Source of the DNA: Acidimicrobiales bacterium
GTDB taxonomy: Bacteria; Actinomycetota; Acidimicrobiia; Acidimicrobiales; Bin134
Direction of reading: 5' to 3'
Assembly: GCA_963663255.1 (NCBI GenBank)
Contig: OY760141.1
Span: 1,823,584-1,887,583 of the forward strand
DNA: 64,000 nucleotides
Below the pieces are notes generated by a model. That model was given only the letters and a program-made list of their open reading frames with translations, did not search any database and was not told the origin of the DNA. A program made the position numbers and the translations under genes. Shown one piece after another: positions 50,728-61,544 of the stretch; position 1 is the stretch's first letter, and each line of letters starts with the position of its first letter.

Positions 50728-51227
50728 AACCGGGCCAGCGAAGGGCAGGGTTCCTCCCCCGACGGACACCGGGGGTTGTTGCGGGGCCCGAATTGGCTGG
50801 AGCTGACGATCAGAAAGCACCCCTCGCACATCCACTCGTTGTCCCGCTTGGGTGCGACTTGGCCCGCGGTCTCCGGCGTTGGCTCTGGGGTGTCCTCGTC
50901 CTCGTCCTCGTCGTCGCCCGCGGCCAGGCGATCCTTCAAGATGGTGTCGAGATCGGCCTCCACATTGTCGGGGTCGATGTCCTCCGCGTCGCCGTCCTCG
51001 TCCTCAGACATAGTCGAGTTGCGGGCCGATCCGTTGTCGGCCTCCTCTTCTTCGTCTTCGAGGTCTTCGTCCACGTCGCCGTCTAGGTCATCGTCCAAGT
51101 CGCCGTCGAGGTCGCCATCCAATTCGCCGTCGAGGTCATCATCGAATTCGCCGTCGAGGTCTTCCTCGATGTCACCATCACCGAAATCCTCTGCTGGGAT
51201 TTCTTCGTGCTCTTCAGGGTCAGTCAT
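50724..51227 (-). CDS. Highly acidic protein with C-terminal Cys cluster (DUF4193-like)
   Basis: D/E-rich tract then EWMCEGCFLIV..SQF..CP..CP. Confidence 0.65.
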   Translation of the reverse strand: MTDPEEHEEIPAEDFGDGDIEEDLDGEFDDDLDGELDGDLDGDLDDDLDGDVDEDLEDEEEEADNGSARNSTMSEDEDGDAEDIDPDNVEADLDTILKDRLAAGDDEDEDEDTPEPTPETAGQVAPKRDNEWMCEGCFLIVSSSQFGPRNNPRCPSGEEPCPSLARL

Positions 51228-51324
51228 TCTCCCCTGGTCCCTTTCTCAGGTATTGCGATCAGCGCGGATCATAGACACCCCTGCCCCGCGATGTGTGCTC
51301 ATTAGCGATCAATGTTGTGAGGGC

Positions 51325-52941
51325 TTACGCCCGCTCTTCGACTTGACGTCGCTGTTCGGCTCGGCGTTCAGCGTCCAGCCGGCCCAAGGGGGGCTCCTCG
51401 GTGAGGTCGACGAACGTCATCATCTCTGCAATTGCCGCGTGACCGGCCTCGTCTCTGATGAGCCGCCACATCTCTTGTCCGACTTTTCGGTACACAGAGT
51501 GGCCTTGGGGGGTGGTGCGCAGCTCGATGAGATGCATGGCCGATCGGGCGTTCAAGCTCATAGCGAAGCGCACTTTGTAGGCGAAGCACACCGCATATGA
51601 GGCCTGCTCGGGAAAGTCTCGATTCAAGAGGTGGTAGAGGGCCTCTGATCTCTCCATGACCTTGTTGAACGATGGGGCGCAGCCTGCGGCGTCTACTGCC
51701 TCAGGGCAGGTGAACCCGTGTTGAGGAGTGAGCTTCTGCCACTCCAGCGTGAGCATTCGATGGCGCTGGAGATCTCGGAAGGCGCCGTAGTCGGAGAGGA
51801 TGTCGAACCGGTAGAAGGGCCGCTCCAAGGCTCGCCCCGGCTTGTGGCGGCGGTTGGCCCTTGTTCCAGCGTAGGCTCGCACCACCGACATCCGGTCTTC
51901 GATGCCCATGGCCCTCACCTCACGCTCGAGCTGTTCCTCGGGCACATGGGTGTAGGGATACAGCATGGAGGTCACCATTTTGACCTCGGCTTCTGGGTCG
52001 AAGTCCACCAGGCGAACCTCTGCAACTTCATCAGAGGGCAGATCCGGAGGCACCAAATGCTCGGCCACGCTCTCCACCGACTCCCTGACGTCGCCCAAAT
52101 AGCGGCTCCACTCCACTCCTCGATCTTCCAGGTCCACTCGCTTAAGGAATGAGGGGATCACCTTGCGCAGCTCGGCCAGCATCAGATCGGCGTACGTCTG
52201 GACCTCGGGGAGATCATGGGCCCGCATCCGCAGCAGGAGCAGCTCGTATGACTGGCCGGTGCCGTAGATGCCCACGTTTGACACGGTCGCCGCCGGCAGC
52301 ATCCCCCGAATCGCATCCAGTGCTTTGGCTCGAACTGCCTGGCGGTAGGCGAAGTCAGAGGAACTGGAGTCCTTGGGGGTGTGTTGGCGGTAGAAATCGG
52401 TCATGGCCGGCAGGAGCTGGCCGTAGGTCTCGAACATCCGGTCCATATCGCTGACGTAACGTCCCGACAGGGGTGACTCCCCCACCTGGGGGTCGCGGTA
52501 GTAGCGGTAGCGCCCCCCGATGCGGGCCAGGTAGTCGATGTATCGGGTGGACTGCTCCAAATACGACATCAGCCGACCCCATTCCAGCACCTTGGTCAAG
52601 ATGTTGGAGGCTTGCTCGCAGGCCAGGTGGACGCCGCCCAGCTGGGCTACCGAGTCGTCCCCATACTCGAAGAACACCCGATCGTACAGCTCCTCGGCCC
52701 GTTTGAGTCCGACGGTGGCATCGATGGTCATGTCGCCGCTGATGTCCAATTCGCCGACAAACTCGTCCAGAAACAGCCTCCGCAGTGATTTGGCCGACCG
52801 GCTGTAGCGGGCGAACAGCGCTCCTTTGACCACCTCCGGCAGGTTCACCAGGGCGAACACCGGTTGGTCGAGGTTGGTGAAATACCGGCGGAGGATGTCC
52901 GCCTCGTCACTGGTGAACTGTTCAGCGACGTACTGAGTCAT
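51325..52941 (-). CDS. thyX: FAD-dependent thymidylate synthase, two-domain type
   Basis: ALFARYSRS, YGDDSV, YLEQSTRY, FRDLQRHR, IELRT. Confidence 0.85.
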   Translation of the reverse strand: MTQYVAEQFTSDEADILRRYFTNLDQPVFALVNLPEVVKGALFARYSRSAKSLRRLFLDEFVGELDISGDMTIDATVGLKRAEELYDRVFFEYGDDSVAQLGGVHLACEQASNILTKVLEWGRLMSYLEQSTRYIDYLARIGGRYRYYRDPQVGESPLSGRYVSDMDRMFETYGQLLPAMTDFYRQHTPKDSSSSDFAYRQAVRAKALDAIRGMLPAATVSNVGIYGTGQSYELLLLRMRAHDLPEVQTYADLMLAELRKVIPSFLKRVDLEDRGVEWSRYLGDVRESVESVAEHLVPPDLPSDEVAEVRLVDFDPEAEVKMVTSMLYPYTHVPEEQLEREVRAMGIEDRMSVVRAYAGTRANRRHKPGRALERPFYRFDILSDYGAFRDLQRHRMLTLEWQKLTPQHGFTCPEAVDAAGCAPSFNKVMERSEALYHLLNRDFPEQASYAVCFAYKVRFAMSLNARSAMHLIELRTTPQGHSVYRKVGQEMWRLIRDEAGHAAIAEMMTFVDLTEEPPLGRLDAERRAEQRRQVEERA

Positions 52942-54116
52942 TGGCGGCTGAGGGCCAGTTCATCATGAGCCCGGTCGAGGGCGTCGGGGTTCAGCCACAG
53001 ATCGGCGACTGTCATGGCCATCATCTTCGCCCCGTCGAGCACCGCCTGGTCGCCGTCCGGCGATTTCGCATAGTGGGCGAATTCCGGGGTGTGGATGGGC
53101 ACATGTTCGGGGGCGATCTTGATCATGGGATGGATTGACGGCACAACGTGGCTGACGTTTCCCATGTCGGTGCTGCCCACAACTGCTGCTGCGGACTCGG
53201 GCTCATGGACAACCCGCCCTGTCTCGGCCGCGTTGCGAATATAGAAGTCCAGCAACACCTGGTTGTCGATCAGGTTGGCGTAGATCGGCGCTTCGCTGCG
53301 ACATTCGATATCGACTCCGGCCGCCGCCGCCCCGGCTTCGAGGCAAGCCACCACCCGTTCTCTCAGCTCCGCCAGACTGTCGAGCCTCGGAGAGCGAACG
53401 TACCATTCCGCCGCGGCATCATGAGGAACGATGTTGGGCTTGTCCCCAGCCCGGGTGAAAATCCCATGGATACGCTCATCGGGTCGAATGTGCTGGCGTA
53501 GCGCAGCCACATTCATGTACCCCAACACCGCACCGTCTAGGGCATTTCTTCCTCGGTGAGGCGAGGCTGAAGCGTGGGCTGACTTCCCGGCATAAGCCAC
53601 TTCAAGCTGCTCCACCGCAATGGCATTCATCCGCATGAGCTCGTGGTTGGCGGGGTGAACCATCATGGCTGCTCTGATGCCGTCGAAGGCGCCCCGCTCC
53701 AGCAGATAGCACTTGCCCCCGCCGCCCTCCTCCGCAGGGGTGCCGATTATGCTGATGCGGCCCCCCAGCTCCTCGGCCAACTCGGCCGCGGCCAAGCCCG
53801 CGCCCAGTCCTGCGGACGCGATCACGTTATGGCCGCAGGCGTGTCCGATCTCGGGCAAAGCGTCGTATTCGCAGATCACTGCAACGTGGGGACCAGCTCG
53901 GCCGGCTCTGGCCACGAACGCCGTGTCCAGGTCGAATGCCGAACGCTCCACTTCGAGCCCTTCGCCCTCCAAGACAGTGCAGAGCAGATCGTGGGCGGTG
54001 TGCTCCTCAAAGCAGAGTTCGGGGGTCTCGTGGATCTGGTGAGAGATGTCGAGCAGATGAGCCGCCCGTGCGTCGACCTCTGCGGCCATCTGCTGCTTGG
54101 CCAGATCGGGAGTCAC
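52938..54116 (-). CDS. M20 family metallopeptidase/amidohydrolase
   Basis: EYDALPEIGHACGHN, GTPAEEGGGGK, GSTDMGNVS; GTG 7 nt after TAGCAT. Confidence 0.9.
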   Translation of the reverse strand: MTPDLAKQQMAAEVDARAAHLLDISHQIHETPELCFEEHTAHDLLCTVLEGEGLEVERSAFDLDTAFVARAGRAGPHVAVICEYDALPEIGHACGHNVIASAGLGAGLAAAELAEELGGRISIIGTPAEEGGGGKCYLLERGAFDGIRAAMMVHPANHELMRMNAIAVEQLEVAYAGKSAHASASPHRGRNALDGAVLGYMNVAALRQHIRPDERIHGIFTRAGDKPNIVPHDAAAEWYVRSPRLDSLAELRERVVACLEAGAAAAGVDIECRSEAPIYANLIDNQVLLDFYIRNAAETGRVVHEPESAAAVVGSTDMGNVSHVVPSIHPMIKIAPEHVPIHTPEFAHYAKSPDGDQAVLDGAKMMAMTVADLWLNPDALDRAHDELALSRQ

Positions 54117-54181
54117 GGGGCGAATGCTAGTGGTCGCATTGACGACCGTAGTGAATCTTCGAGCCCGGCGATACCAGCGCT

Positions 54182-54793
54182 TCACACCACCACGGTGAGC
54201 GCGGCCGGCTCCACTCGAATCGACAGATTGGCAGCTCGCTGAACCGGCTGGCCGTCCAACTCCACCATCAGCGGCTGCTCAAGCACCGTCTGGAAGGCAC
54301 CAGCGCGTTGGTAGCGGATATTGGGATGGGGCAGATGGTCCCCGGTGCCGACCCGGCGCCGGGCTCGCAGCCGGTCTCCGACCGACAGCCGGCCGTGGGA
54401 GACGTCCAGCAGCCCATCGCCGGGGTGGGCCTTGGGACCCAGATTCCAGCCCCCCCGCCAGGCGGCGTTCATGGCCACCAGCGCCTCCCCGGCCCACCCT
54501 CTTCGTCGAGCCGTCAGGTGGGCGCTGAACCAGAACAGCCGGCCGTCTAGGAGAACGGCGCCGACATCCACTGCGAACCGCCACGCTTCCGGCGATCGGA
54601 TGGCGTCGGGGTCGCCTCTGCCGCCGAGAGTGCGGCACAGGTCGCCTCCCAGCAAGCCCAGCTCGGGCAGTGGCCGGTTGGCCCGTCGAGCTTCTTCGAT
54701 CAGGGCCCGGGCCTCGGCGTCGGTGCGAACCAGCACGCCATCTGGCCCCAGGCCTCCTGGCATCCCCCAGTTCTCACCCCTCTGAATCGGCAT
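54182..54793 (-). CDS. Diacylglycerol kinase/YegS-like protein (mostly C-terminal domain)
   Basis: PKAHPGDGLLDV, HLPHP, LDG. Confidence 0.65.
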   Translation of the reverse strand: MPIQRGENWGMPGGLGPDGVLVRTDAEARALIEEARRANRPLPELGLLGGDLCRTLGGRGDPDAIRSPEAWRFAVDVGAVLLDGRLFWFSAHLTARRRGWAGEALVAMNAAWRGGWNLGPKAHPGDGLLDVSHGRLSVGDRLRARRRVGTGDHLPHPNIRYQRAGAFQTVLEQPLMVELDGQPVQRAANLSIRVEPAALTVVV

Positions 54794-55625
54794 CGGCTTC
54801 CTCTGGGTCCTCTTCTCCTTCAACAGCTCGGCGGCGTTCTCGGCGGGCTTGCATCCATCCGATGACGATGGCTGCTTCGTAGAACAAGTACATGGGCACC
54901 GAAAGCACCATCAGCGTGAATGGATCTCCGCTGGGGGTGATCACCGCAACTAGGGCCACGATGCCGACGATGGCGAATCGCCGCCCCCGGATCAGCTGGC
55001 GGTAGTGGATAATCCCGGCGAGCTGCAAGAACACCAGCAGAATGGGGAATTCAAACCCTATGCCGAATGCGGCCATCATCTTGATCACGAACGACAGGTA
55101 CTTGGCGGGGGAGAATCCGGTCACCAAGTCCTCGCCCCCGATTGAGGTTAAGAAGTTCAGCGCCCGGGGGATGCTCCAATAGGCCAGGCCGGCCCCCAGT
55201 GCGAACAGCAGGGCGCCGGCCGCTGTGAAGGCGGCTGCGAGTCGTCGTTCTCGGGGGAAGAGGCCAGGCTGGACAAACCTCCACACTTGCCAGAGCACCA
55301 CCGGAACCGCCAGAGCCAACCCTCCGTAGCCCGCCACTGTCAGCCGCACCGAGAACGGCTCCAGCGGGTCCAGCACGAGAAGCTCGCATCCTCCGAACAG
55401 GTTCTGCCTCACCGCCTCTTCATCCACCGCTTCTTCGGGGATCACGTCGCAGTAGGGCTGGACCAGCCGGTCCAGTATCTGGGGGTAGAACACCCAGCAA
55501 ACCACCGCGCCGGCCACCACGGCCAAGACGCATTTGATGAGCCGCACTCGCAGCTCGGCCAAATGTCCCATCAGGGGCATGGTCCCGTCGTCGGATCGGG
55601 AGCGGCCCGCGGTGGATTCGCTCAC
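54774..55625 (-). CDS. tatC: Twin-arginine translocase subunit TatC
   Basis: MPLMGHLAELRVRL, QVWRFVQPGL, FEFP, ITPSGDP. Confidence 0.96.
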   Translation of the reverse strand: MSESTAGRSRSDDGTMPLMGHLAELRVRLIKCVLAVVAGAVVCWVFYPQILDRLVQPYCDVIPEEAVDEEAVRQNLFGGCELLVLDPLEPFSVRLTVAGYGGLALAVPVVLWQVWRFVQPGLFPRERRLAAAFTAAGALLFALGAGLAYWSIPRALNFLTSIGGEDLVTGFSPAKYLSFVIKMMAAFGIGFEFPILLVFLQLAGIIHYRQLIRGRRFAIVGIVALVAVITPSGDPFTLMVLSVPMYLFYEAAIVIGWMQARRERRRAVEGEEDPEEADADSEG

Positions 55626-55888
55626 TGGCTGCTCGGCGGCGGGTCGGGGGCCGGTTTGTTTGCCGATTTGCTCTGCTCCACGGCCAGTTCTCCTCTACGC
55701 CGAGCCTCAGCCTCTATGGGCTCGTCCAGGGCGTTTTGCAGCTCCTGCTGAAATCCGGTGGAGATCCGGCGGAATTGGCGGATGACATTGCCGATCTGGC
55801 GGGCCGCTCCCGGCAGCTTGTCCGGCCCCAGAACCACCAGGGCTACCACCACGATCACGGCGACTTCGGCCCATCCGAGGTTTCCCAC
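55622..55888 (-). CDS. tatB: Twin-arginine translocase subunit TatB
   Basis: LGWAEVAVIVVVALVVLGPDKLPGAAR. Confidence 0.9.
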   Translation of the reverse strand: MGNLGWAEVAVIVVVALVVLGPDKLPGAARQIGNVIRQFRRISTGFQQELQNALDEPIEAEARRRGELAVEQSKSANKPAPDPPPSSQ

Positions 55889-55958
55889 GCTCCGAGGCTA
55901 CCGCTCCTATTCTCCAGTGGGGTTGTTCGATCTCTTGTCAGCAGCACAAGATGAACCG

Positions 55959-56705
55959 ATGGCTCCCCGGATCTCCCCCCTTCATTTACCCCCGATCGGG
56001 TTTGCCCATCGGGGGGCTCGAGCCCAAGAGCGCGAGAACACGTTGGCGGCGTTCTGCTTGGCGTTGGAAATGGGGGCTGTCGGCCTGGAGAGCGACGTGT
56101 GGATGACTGCCGACAACCACGCGGTGCTGGACCACGACGGATGGGTGCGCTCGGGTCGGCTGAGACGGCGGCGCCCCATCCTTGACTGCCGCCGCGATGA
56201 ACTGCCCGAGCACATACCCACCCTGGCCGATCTGTATGACACCTGTGGCGCCGATTTCGAGCTGTCGCTCGACCTCAAAGATCCCGATGCCGCCCCCGCG
56301 GTGATCGCGGCCGTAGACGGGGCCGCGGCTAGCACCGGGAGTCCGCTCCGCCAACGGCTGTGGTTGTGCCACCCCGATGTGGACACCCTGGTCGAGCTTC
56401 GGGACCGGTGGCCCGATGTGCGCTTGTGCAATTCCACCCGGCTGAGCCGCATGGACGACGGCCCCGAGCGGCGGGCCGCCGTGCTGGCCGAGGCCGGCAT
56501 CGACTCGGTGAACCTCCACCAAACCGACTGGACCGGCGGCCTGGTCACTTTGTTCCACCGGTTCGGGGTGCTGTGTTTCGGGTGGGATGCCCAACAACCC
56601 CGGGTGCTCAACGAACTGCTGGATATGGGCATCGACGCGGTCTACAGCGACCACGTCGACCGCATGGGGGAGGCACTGGCGTGCTGGTACCCTGACGGGC
56701 AGTGA
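55959..56705 (+). CDS. Glycerophosphodiester phosphodiesterase
   Basis: FAHRG, ENTL, ESDV..TAD..VLDHD, DLK. Confidence 0.9.
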   Translation: MAPRISPLHLPPIGFAHRGARAQERENTLAAFCLALEMGAVGLESDVWMTADNHAVLDHDGWVRSGRLRRRRPILDCRRDELPEHIPTLADLYDTCGADFELSLDLKDPDAAPAVIAAVDGAAASTGSPLRQRLWLCHPDVDTLVELRDRWPDVRLCNSTRLSRMDDGPERRAAVLAEAGIDSVNLHQTDWTGGLVTLFHRFGVLCFGWDAQQPRVLNELLDMGIDAVYSDHVDRMGEALACWYPDGQ

Positions 56706-57547
56706 CTGATCGAGCCGCATTTCAGAAAGCTTTGATTACTCGAAACAGAGCTCCTATGGATTTCGTCGACGTTGCGGCAAAGTACAACAACGGCCACGTC
56801 GCTCTTCGGGAAATCACCTGCCGACTCGAGCACGGCACCTCGTCTGCGCTGGTAGGCGCCAACGGCTCCGGCAAGACCACCTTGCTGAGACTGATCGCTG
56901 GCCTTGTCAATCCCTCGGAGGGGACGATCAGCCCGCATCCCTCCAAGAAATCGGTGGCACTGGTGCCCCAGCAGCACGGGCTGCGGGCATGGATGCCGCT
57001 GACTGTCTCCGACGTGCTGCGCATATCCCGCTTCCGCGATCGGGGACTAGTAAGGCGATTCGGGCCGGCGGACCGGATCATTATCGAGGACGCGGCCGAG
57101 CGCATGGAGGTACTCGATCTGCGCAAGCGCCAGTTCGGGGAGCTGTCGGGCGGGCAGCGCCAGCGGGTGATGGTTGCCCAGGCCCTGGCCCACGACGCTG
57201 ACGTGCTCTTGATGGATGAGCCCATAACCGGCTTGGACATGCCCAGCCAGGAGGCGATCATTCGAATCATCGACGAGGAGCGCAAGCGAGGCCGCATCGT
57301 GGTCATCTCCACCCACCACATGGACGAGGCCGAGATTTGTGACCAAGTGCTCCTCTTGGCCAATCGGATGGTAGCGGTGGGAACTCCCGGCGAGGTGCTA
57401 ATCAACAAGAACTTGCAAGAGGCCTTCGGTCTCCGCATGGCTCATGGCGATGAAGAAAACTGTGTCTTTCACGGAGAACACGACAGTCACGAGGACGGGG
57501 TCCTCCACGTCTTCAACGATCACGGCCACGGCCACTTTGACAGCTGA
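56702..57547 (+). CDS. Metal (Zn/Mn) ABC transporter ATP-binding protein
   Basis: GANGSGKTT, LSGGQRQR, LLMDEP, His-rich tail. Confidence 0.88.
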   Translation: MTDRAAFQKALITRNRAPMDFVDVAAKYNNGHVALREITCRLEHGTSSALVGANGSGKTTLLRLIAGLVNPSEGTISPHPSKKSVALVPQQHGLRAWMPLTVSDVLRISRFRDRGLVRRFGPADRIIIEDAAERMEVLDLRKRQFGELSGGQRQRVMVAQALAHDADVLLMDEPITGLDMPSQEAIIRIIDEERKRGRIVVISTHHMDEAEICDQVLLLANRMVAVGTPGEVLINKNLQEAFGLRMAHGDEENCVFHGEHDSHEDGVLHVFNDHGHGHFDS

Positions 57548-57605
57548 ATCCGCGAAGATCTTCGCCGGCTAGCAGGACACGCGCGAATAAACCCACGACA
57601 CACCA

Positions 57606-58262
57606 CTAGAGCCGGCCGAACTCGGTGACCGGCCAGAGGCGCAGGAAGGCTTGTCCTACTATCAGATGCTCAGAGATGGGACCGAACGACCGGCTGTCGG
57701 TGGAATTAGCCCGGTTGTCGCCCATCACGAACACCTCGCCCGCTCCCACTAGGCAGCCTTGATTCACGAGGGGGGCGCATTTGGGGGGCATATTGCCCGC
57801 GGTGATGCCAGATGACTCCAGATAGGGCTCGTGGAGACGCCGGCCGTCTATGTACACCTCCCCATCGACGAATCTGATGACCTCGCCGGGGAGGGCGATG
57901 ACCCGTTTGATGAGGTCATCGGTTTGCCGGCCGCTCACTCCCTGCGGCCGCTCGAACACCACAAGGTCGCCGCGGTCCATGTCATGGAGGTCATAGCCCA
58001 GCTTGTTCACCAACACCCGGTCGCCGTTGCTCAGGGTGGGCTCCATGGAAGTGAAGCGGATGTAATACGCCTGAAAGAGCACTGCCCGCAATATCAAGGC
58101 CAAAGCCAGTGCTCCGGCTAAAACGGCCACCCACTCAATAGTGACCCGCAGACCGGTCTTGCCCGGCTTGGACTCTGAGGCGCCTCCGGTTTCCTCTGAG
58201 GAGTCTGCGACACCGCCTGGCGAAACCGCCTCTTTTGGCGCGGGTTTTGACTCGTCGCTCAT
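57606..58262 (-). CDS. lepB: Signal peptidase I
   Basis: SMEPTL..GDRVLVNK, LIKRVI, GDNR..STDSR. Confidence 0.95.
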   Translation of the reverse strand: MSDESKPAPKEAVSPGGVADSSEETGGASESKPGKTGLRVTIEWVAVLAGALALALILRAVLFQAYYIRFTSMEPTLSNGDRVLVNKLGYDLHDMDRGDLVVFERPQGVSGRQTDDLIKRVIALPGEVIRFVDGEVYIDGRRLHEPYLESSGITAGNMPPKCAPLVNQGCLVGAGEVFVMGDNRANSTDSRSFGPISEHLIVGQAFLRLWPVTEFGRL

Positions 58263-58276
58263 GATGCGAAAGCCCT

Positions 58277-59233
58277 CTACTCGTATCGGGCCAGAACCCG
58301 CTGGGCGGCGATTCGGGTTTGATCGGCAGCGACCGGCGGATCAGCATGTCGCATTTCGGCTTGGGGCCCGAGTTGCAGCAATAGCCGCTCCAGGCGGCTG
58401 ATATGGCTCACTGGCATGGTGGCGTCGATCTCGCCGCTGTCGAGAGCCGTCTGGTTGTCGGTCGGATATTTTTCGATGGCCCAAGAAGTGCCCGGGGCCA
58501 GCCGCAGCACAACCCGGGGATCGCCCTCCCGGGCTTCAAAAGCCGACGGCGTACCCGCTTCATCAGGCGGTTCGAAGTGCGTCTCCAGCACTTGGAGAGA
58601 CCTAATCCGATCGATGCGGAAGACTCGTACACCACCGGCCTGCTGGCAATGGCCCTGCACATACCAGTTGCCCAACTCCGAGAACACTCTAAGAGGATGA
58701 ATGACGCGCTCGGATTCCTGGCCTCTCCCGTAGCTGAAGTATCGGATCCGCACCTGGCGGTGACCAGTGGCTGCTTCCAGCAGCGGTTCAACCCATTCGT
58801 CGGCCGACTCTCCCAGACTCACCGCCAAGTCCTCCCCCACGCTCACCCCTAGTCCGTCGGCGAGCTTGGCAAGTCCCCGGCTCAAGGGGCCATCGGGATC
58901 AGCCCCGGTCAGCAGAGCCTCTCCGGCGCCAATCAATCCCAGGGCTTGCCCATGGGTGAGCCTGAGCGGGTGGGAGAAGTAATCCGCGTTGCTGATGGCC
59001 ACCCATCCACCGTTTTCCTCTTCGTCCAAGCCCATCACGTAAATCAGCTCATCTGGAGTGAAGGGATGCAGCCCCACGACGAACAGCACCTTCACGAGGT
59101 CCTCTCGCAATTCCGCCTCGGGATAGTCGAATCGCTGGGATACCTCGCTCAACTCAGCACCGCCTTGGGACATGATCCAGGGAACCAGTTCCAGCATTCG
59201 CCGAAGCCGATCCCCTGCGCTCAGCCGGCTCAT
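58277..59233 (-). CDS. pafC: WYL-domain regulator PafC
   Basis: HTH, PLRLT, WYV..FRIDRI; downstream of pafB. Confidence 0.88.
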   Translation of the reverse strand: MSRLSAGDRLRRMLELVPWIMSQGGAELSEVSQRFDYPEAELREDLVKVLFVVGLHPFTPDELIYVMGLDEEENGGWVAISNADYFSHPLRLTHGQALGLIGAGEALLTGADPDGPLSRGLAKLADGLGVSVGEDLAVSLGESADEWVEPLLEAATGHRQVRIRYFSYGRGQESERVIHPLRVFSELGNWYVQGHCQQAGGVRVFRIDRIRSLQVLETHFEPPDEAGTPSAFEAREGDPRVVLRLAPGTSWAIEKYPTDNQTALDSGEIDATMPVSHISRLERLLLQLGPQAEMRHADPPVAADQTRIAAQRVLARYE

Positions 59234-60186
59234 CGGCTGATCCCTTCAAGCCAGGCCACCATGTCGACGCGCAATTCTGGGGGCCCGAGTATTTCGGCAT
59301 GCTCCAGAAACTCCAAGACCAGCGACCGAAAGGCCTCTGGACTGCGAACCACCACCTCAAATATCGCCGAACCGTCGGAATCCTTCTCTGAGGGCTCTTG
59401 TCCGAGACGGCGCGCCGCCCACATCGCTTGATCGGGGTCAACCTTTAACGTGGCGGTGACGGCCGGGGCAGTTCCAAACTTCCACGGCTGAAACGACACC
59501 CAACCGGCGGTGCCCTCTGGCTGCTGGAAGCCGCCTGGGGAGCCCAGTTCGACTTCGCCCTCGATTCGGTCTACCCGGAAGGTGCGCTTGTCGTCCCGCC
59601 CCCGATCATGGCCCATCACGTACCAGTGGCCTTGATCGAAGGCCAGGGTCCACGGCTCCACCTCGCGGCGTTGCCCGCCGTAGGCGAAGCTGGCCACCCG
59701 CTGTTCGGTAGTTGCCTGAAAGATGTCCGCCAGCGCGGGATGGACGGGCACTGCGGCCAGCTCGGCATCGGTGCCCTCCCCTACCCGGCCGCCCAGCTTC
59801 CACAGCGCCTCCGATCCCGAGACGCCGTCGAAGCGGACCGCGGTGGCCGCCCGATGCAGGGCGGCCAGCTCGTCGGCCTCGAAGTCCATCTCCGGCAAGG
59901 AGTAGTCCTGCTTGCGGATGCGGTACCCCCAGGTCTCCCGCTCCTGGCCGGGAACCGGCCCAGAGATGACCGGGATGCCGACATCGGCCAATTGGTTCAT
60001 ATCCCGGTGGAACGCCCGCTTGGCTGCCGAGCCGTTCTCCGGATAGCCAGCCGAGTCCTCCCCGCGGGAGATGCCCACCCTCTGGTGCAGTTCCTCGATG
60101 GAGAGGAAGCGAGGGGTGTCGATCAAGGCGGCGATGAGCCGAAGCAAGCGCTCCAATCTGACCTGCTCCGGCTTTCGCCTAGCCAT
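59230..60186 (-). CDS. pafB: WYL-domain regulator PafB
   Basis: RLERLLRL, AFHRD..L, REVEPW, WYV..FRVDRI; TGATG overlap with pafA. Confidence 0.9.
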   Translation of the reverse strand: MARRKPEQVRLERLLRLIAALIDTPRFLSIEELHQRVGISRGEDSAGYPENGSAAKRAFHRDMNQLADVGIPVISGPVPGQERETWGYRIRKQDYSLPEMDFEADELAALHRAATAVRFDGVSGSEALWKLGGRVGEGTDAELAAVPVHPALADIFQATTEQRVASFAYGGQRREVEPWTLAFDQGHWYVMGHDRGRDDKRTFRVDRIEGEVELGSPGGFQQPEGTAGWVSFQPWKFGTAPAVTATLKVDPDQAMWAARRLGQEPSEKDSDGSAIFEVVVRSPEAFRSLVLEFLEHAEILGPPELRVDMVAWLEGISR

Positions 60187-61544
60187 CACAGGGATTCGAT
60201 CAGCTTCTCGACCCGTTCGTCGTGGGCGCGGAACGGGTCCTTGCACAGAACAGTCCGCTGGGCCTGGTCGTTCAGCTTCAAGTGCACCCAGTCCACGGTG
60301 TAGTCCCGTTTGCGCTCTTTGGCTCGCCGGATGAACTCACCCCGGAGTCGGGCCCGGGTAGTGGCCGGCGGATTCTCGACGGCATGGTTGATCTCGGCGT
60401 CCACGCACATCCGCTCGGTCATGCCCCGGTTCTGCATCCGGTAGAAGAGGCTGCGCGACCGATTCACATCGTGGTATTGGAGGTCCAACAGAGCCACCCG
60501 GGAATCGCTGAGGGCCAGCCCGTGGCGTTCCCGGTAGGCCTCGATGAGGTGGTGCTTCATCACCCAGTCGCACTCCCGGCTCAGGTTGAGGGGGTCCTTG
60601 GCGATCTGGGTCAGACAGTGCTCCCACATTTGCAGGGCCTGCTTATCTTGGGGATCCAGGTCGCGGCTGTCGGCGTATTTGAGGGCGCGGTCGAGGTATT
60701 CGGACTGGATTTCCAAAGCGCTGACCTCGCGGCCGCTGGCCAAGCGGATGCGGCGAGTGCAGGTTTGGTCGTGGCTGATCTCCCGAATGGCCCGAATGGG
60801 GTTGTCAAGCGTCATGTCCCGCAGCGCCACCGACGGATCTTCCAGCATTCGCAGCAGAATGCTGGTGGCCCCCGTCTTCAGGAACGTGGCGTACTCGCTC
60901 ATGTTGGAGTCGCCCACGATGACGTGAAGCCGCCGATAGCGCTCGGCGTCGGCGTGAGGCTCGTCGCGGGTATTGATAATCGGACGGGAGCGGGTGGTGG
61001 CGCTCGATACCCCTTCCCAGATGTGCTCGGCCCGCTGGCTTATGCAGTACGCAGCTCCCCGAGCGGTCTGGAGCACCTTGCCCGCCCCGGCGTAAATCTG
61101 CCGGCTGACCAAGAAGGGGATCAGCACCTCGGCGTACTCGCTGAAGTCGTCGCGCCGGCTCGTGAGGTAGTTCTCGTGGCAGCCATAGCTGTTGCCGGCT
61201 GAATCGGTGTTGTTCTTGAACAAGTAGATGTCGCCCTGGATGCCCTCCTCCCGCAGCCGCAGCTCCGCGCTCTCGATGAGCGTTTCCAGGATCCGCTCGC
61301 CGGCCTTGTCGTGGGCTACCAGGTCGTATAGCGAATCGCACTCCGGCGTGGCGTACTCGGGGTGGGATCCCACGTCGAGGTACAGCCGGGCGCCGTTGAC
61401 CAAGAACACGTTGCTGCTGCGGCCCCAGGACACCACCCGGCGGAACAAGTAGCGGGCCACCTCATCGGGGCTGAGCCGGCGATGGCCCCGAAGCGCGCAG
61501 GTCACGCCGTATTCATTTTCTATCCCGAAGATGCGCCGGTCCAT
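60186..61544 (-). CDS. pafA: Pup--protein ligase
   Basis: [52 protein letters not shown]. Confidence 0.97.
   Translation of the reverse strand: MDRRIFGIENEYGVTCALRGHRRLSPDEVARYLFRRVVSWGRSSNVFLVNGARLYLDVGSHPEYATPECDSLYDLVAHDKAGERILETLIESAELRLREEGIQGDIYLFKNNTDSAGNSYGCHENYLTSRRDDFSEYAEVLIPFLVSRQIYAGAGKVLQTARGAAYCISQRAEHIWEGVSSATTRSRPIINTRDEPHADAERYRRLHVIVGDSNMSEYATFLKTGATSILLRMLEDPSVALRDMTLDNPIRAIREISHDQTCTRRIRLASGREVSALEIQSEYLDRALKYADSRDLDPQDKQALQMWEHCLTQIAKDPLNLSRECDWVMKHHLIEAYRERHGLALSDSRVALLDLQYHDVNRSRSLFYRMQNRGMTERMCVDAEINHAVENPPATTRARLRGEFIRRAKERKRDYTVDWVHLKLNDQAQRTVLCKDPFRAHDERVEKLIESL

Noticed and set aside
50329-51600. 423-aa Ser-rich ORF on the + strand
   Set aside because: Shadow of the acidic DUF4193-like gene and neighbours on the - strand.
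58277-60186. WYL genes as regulators of a defence island
   Set aside because: They are canonical pafB/pafC directly downstream of pafA.
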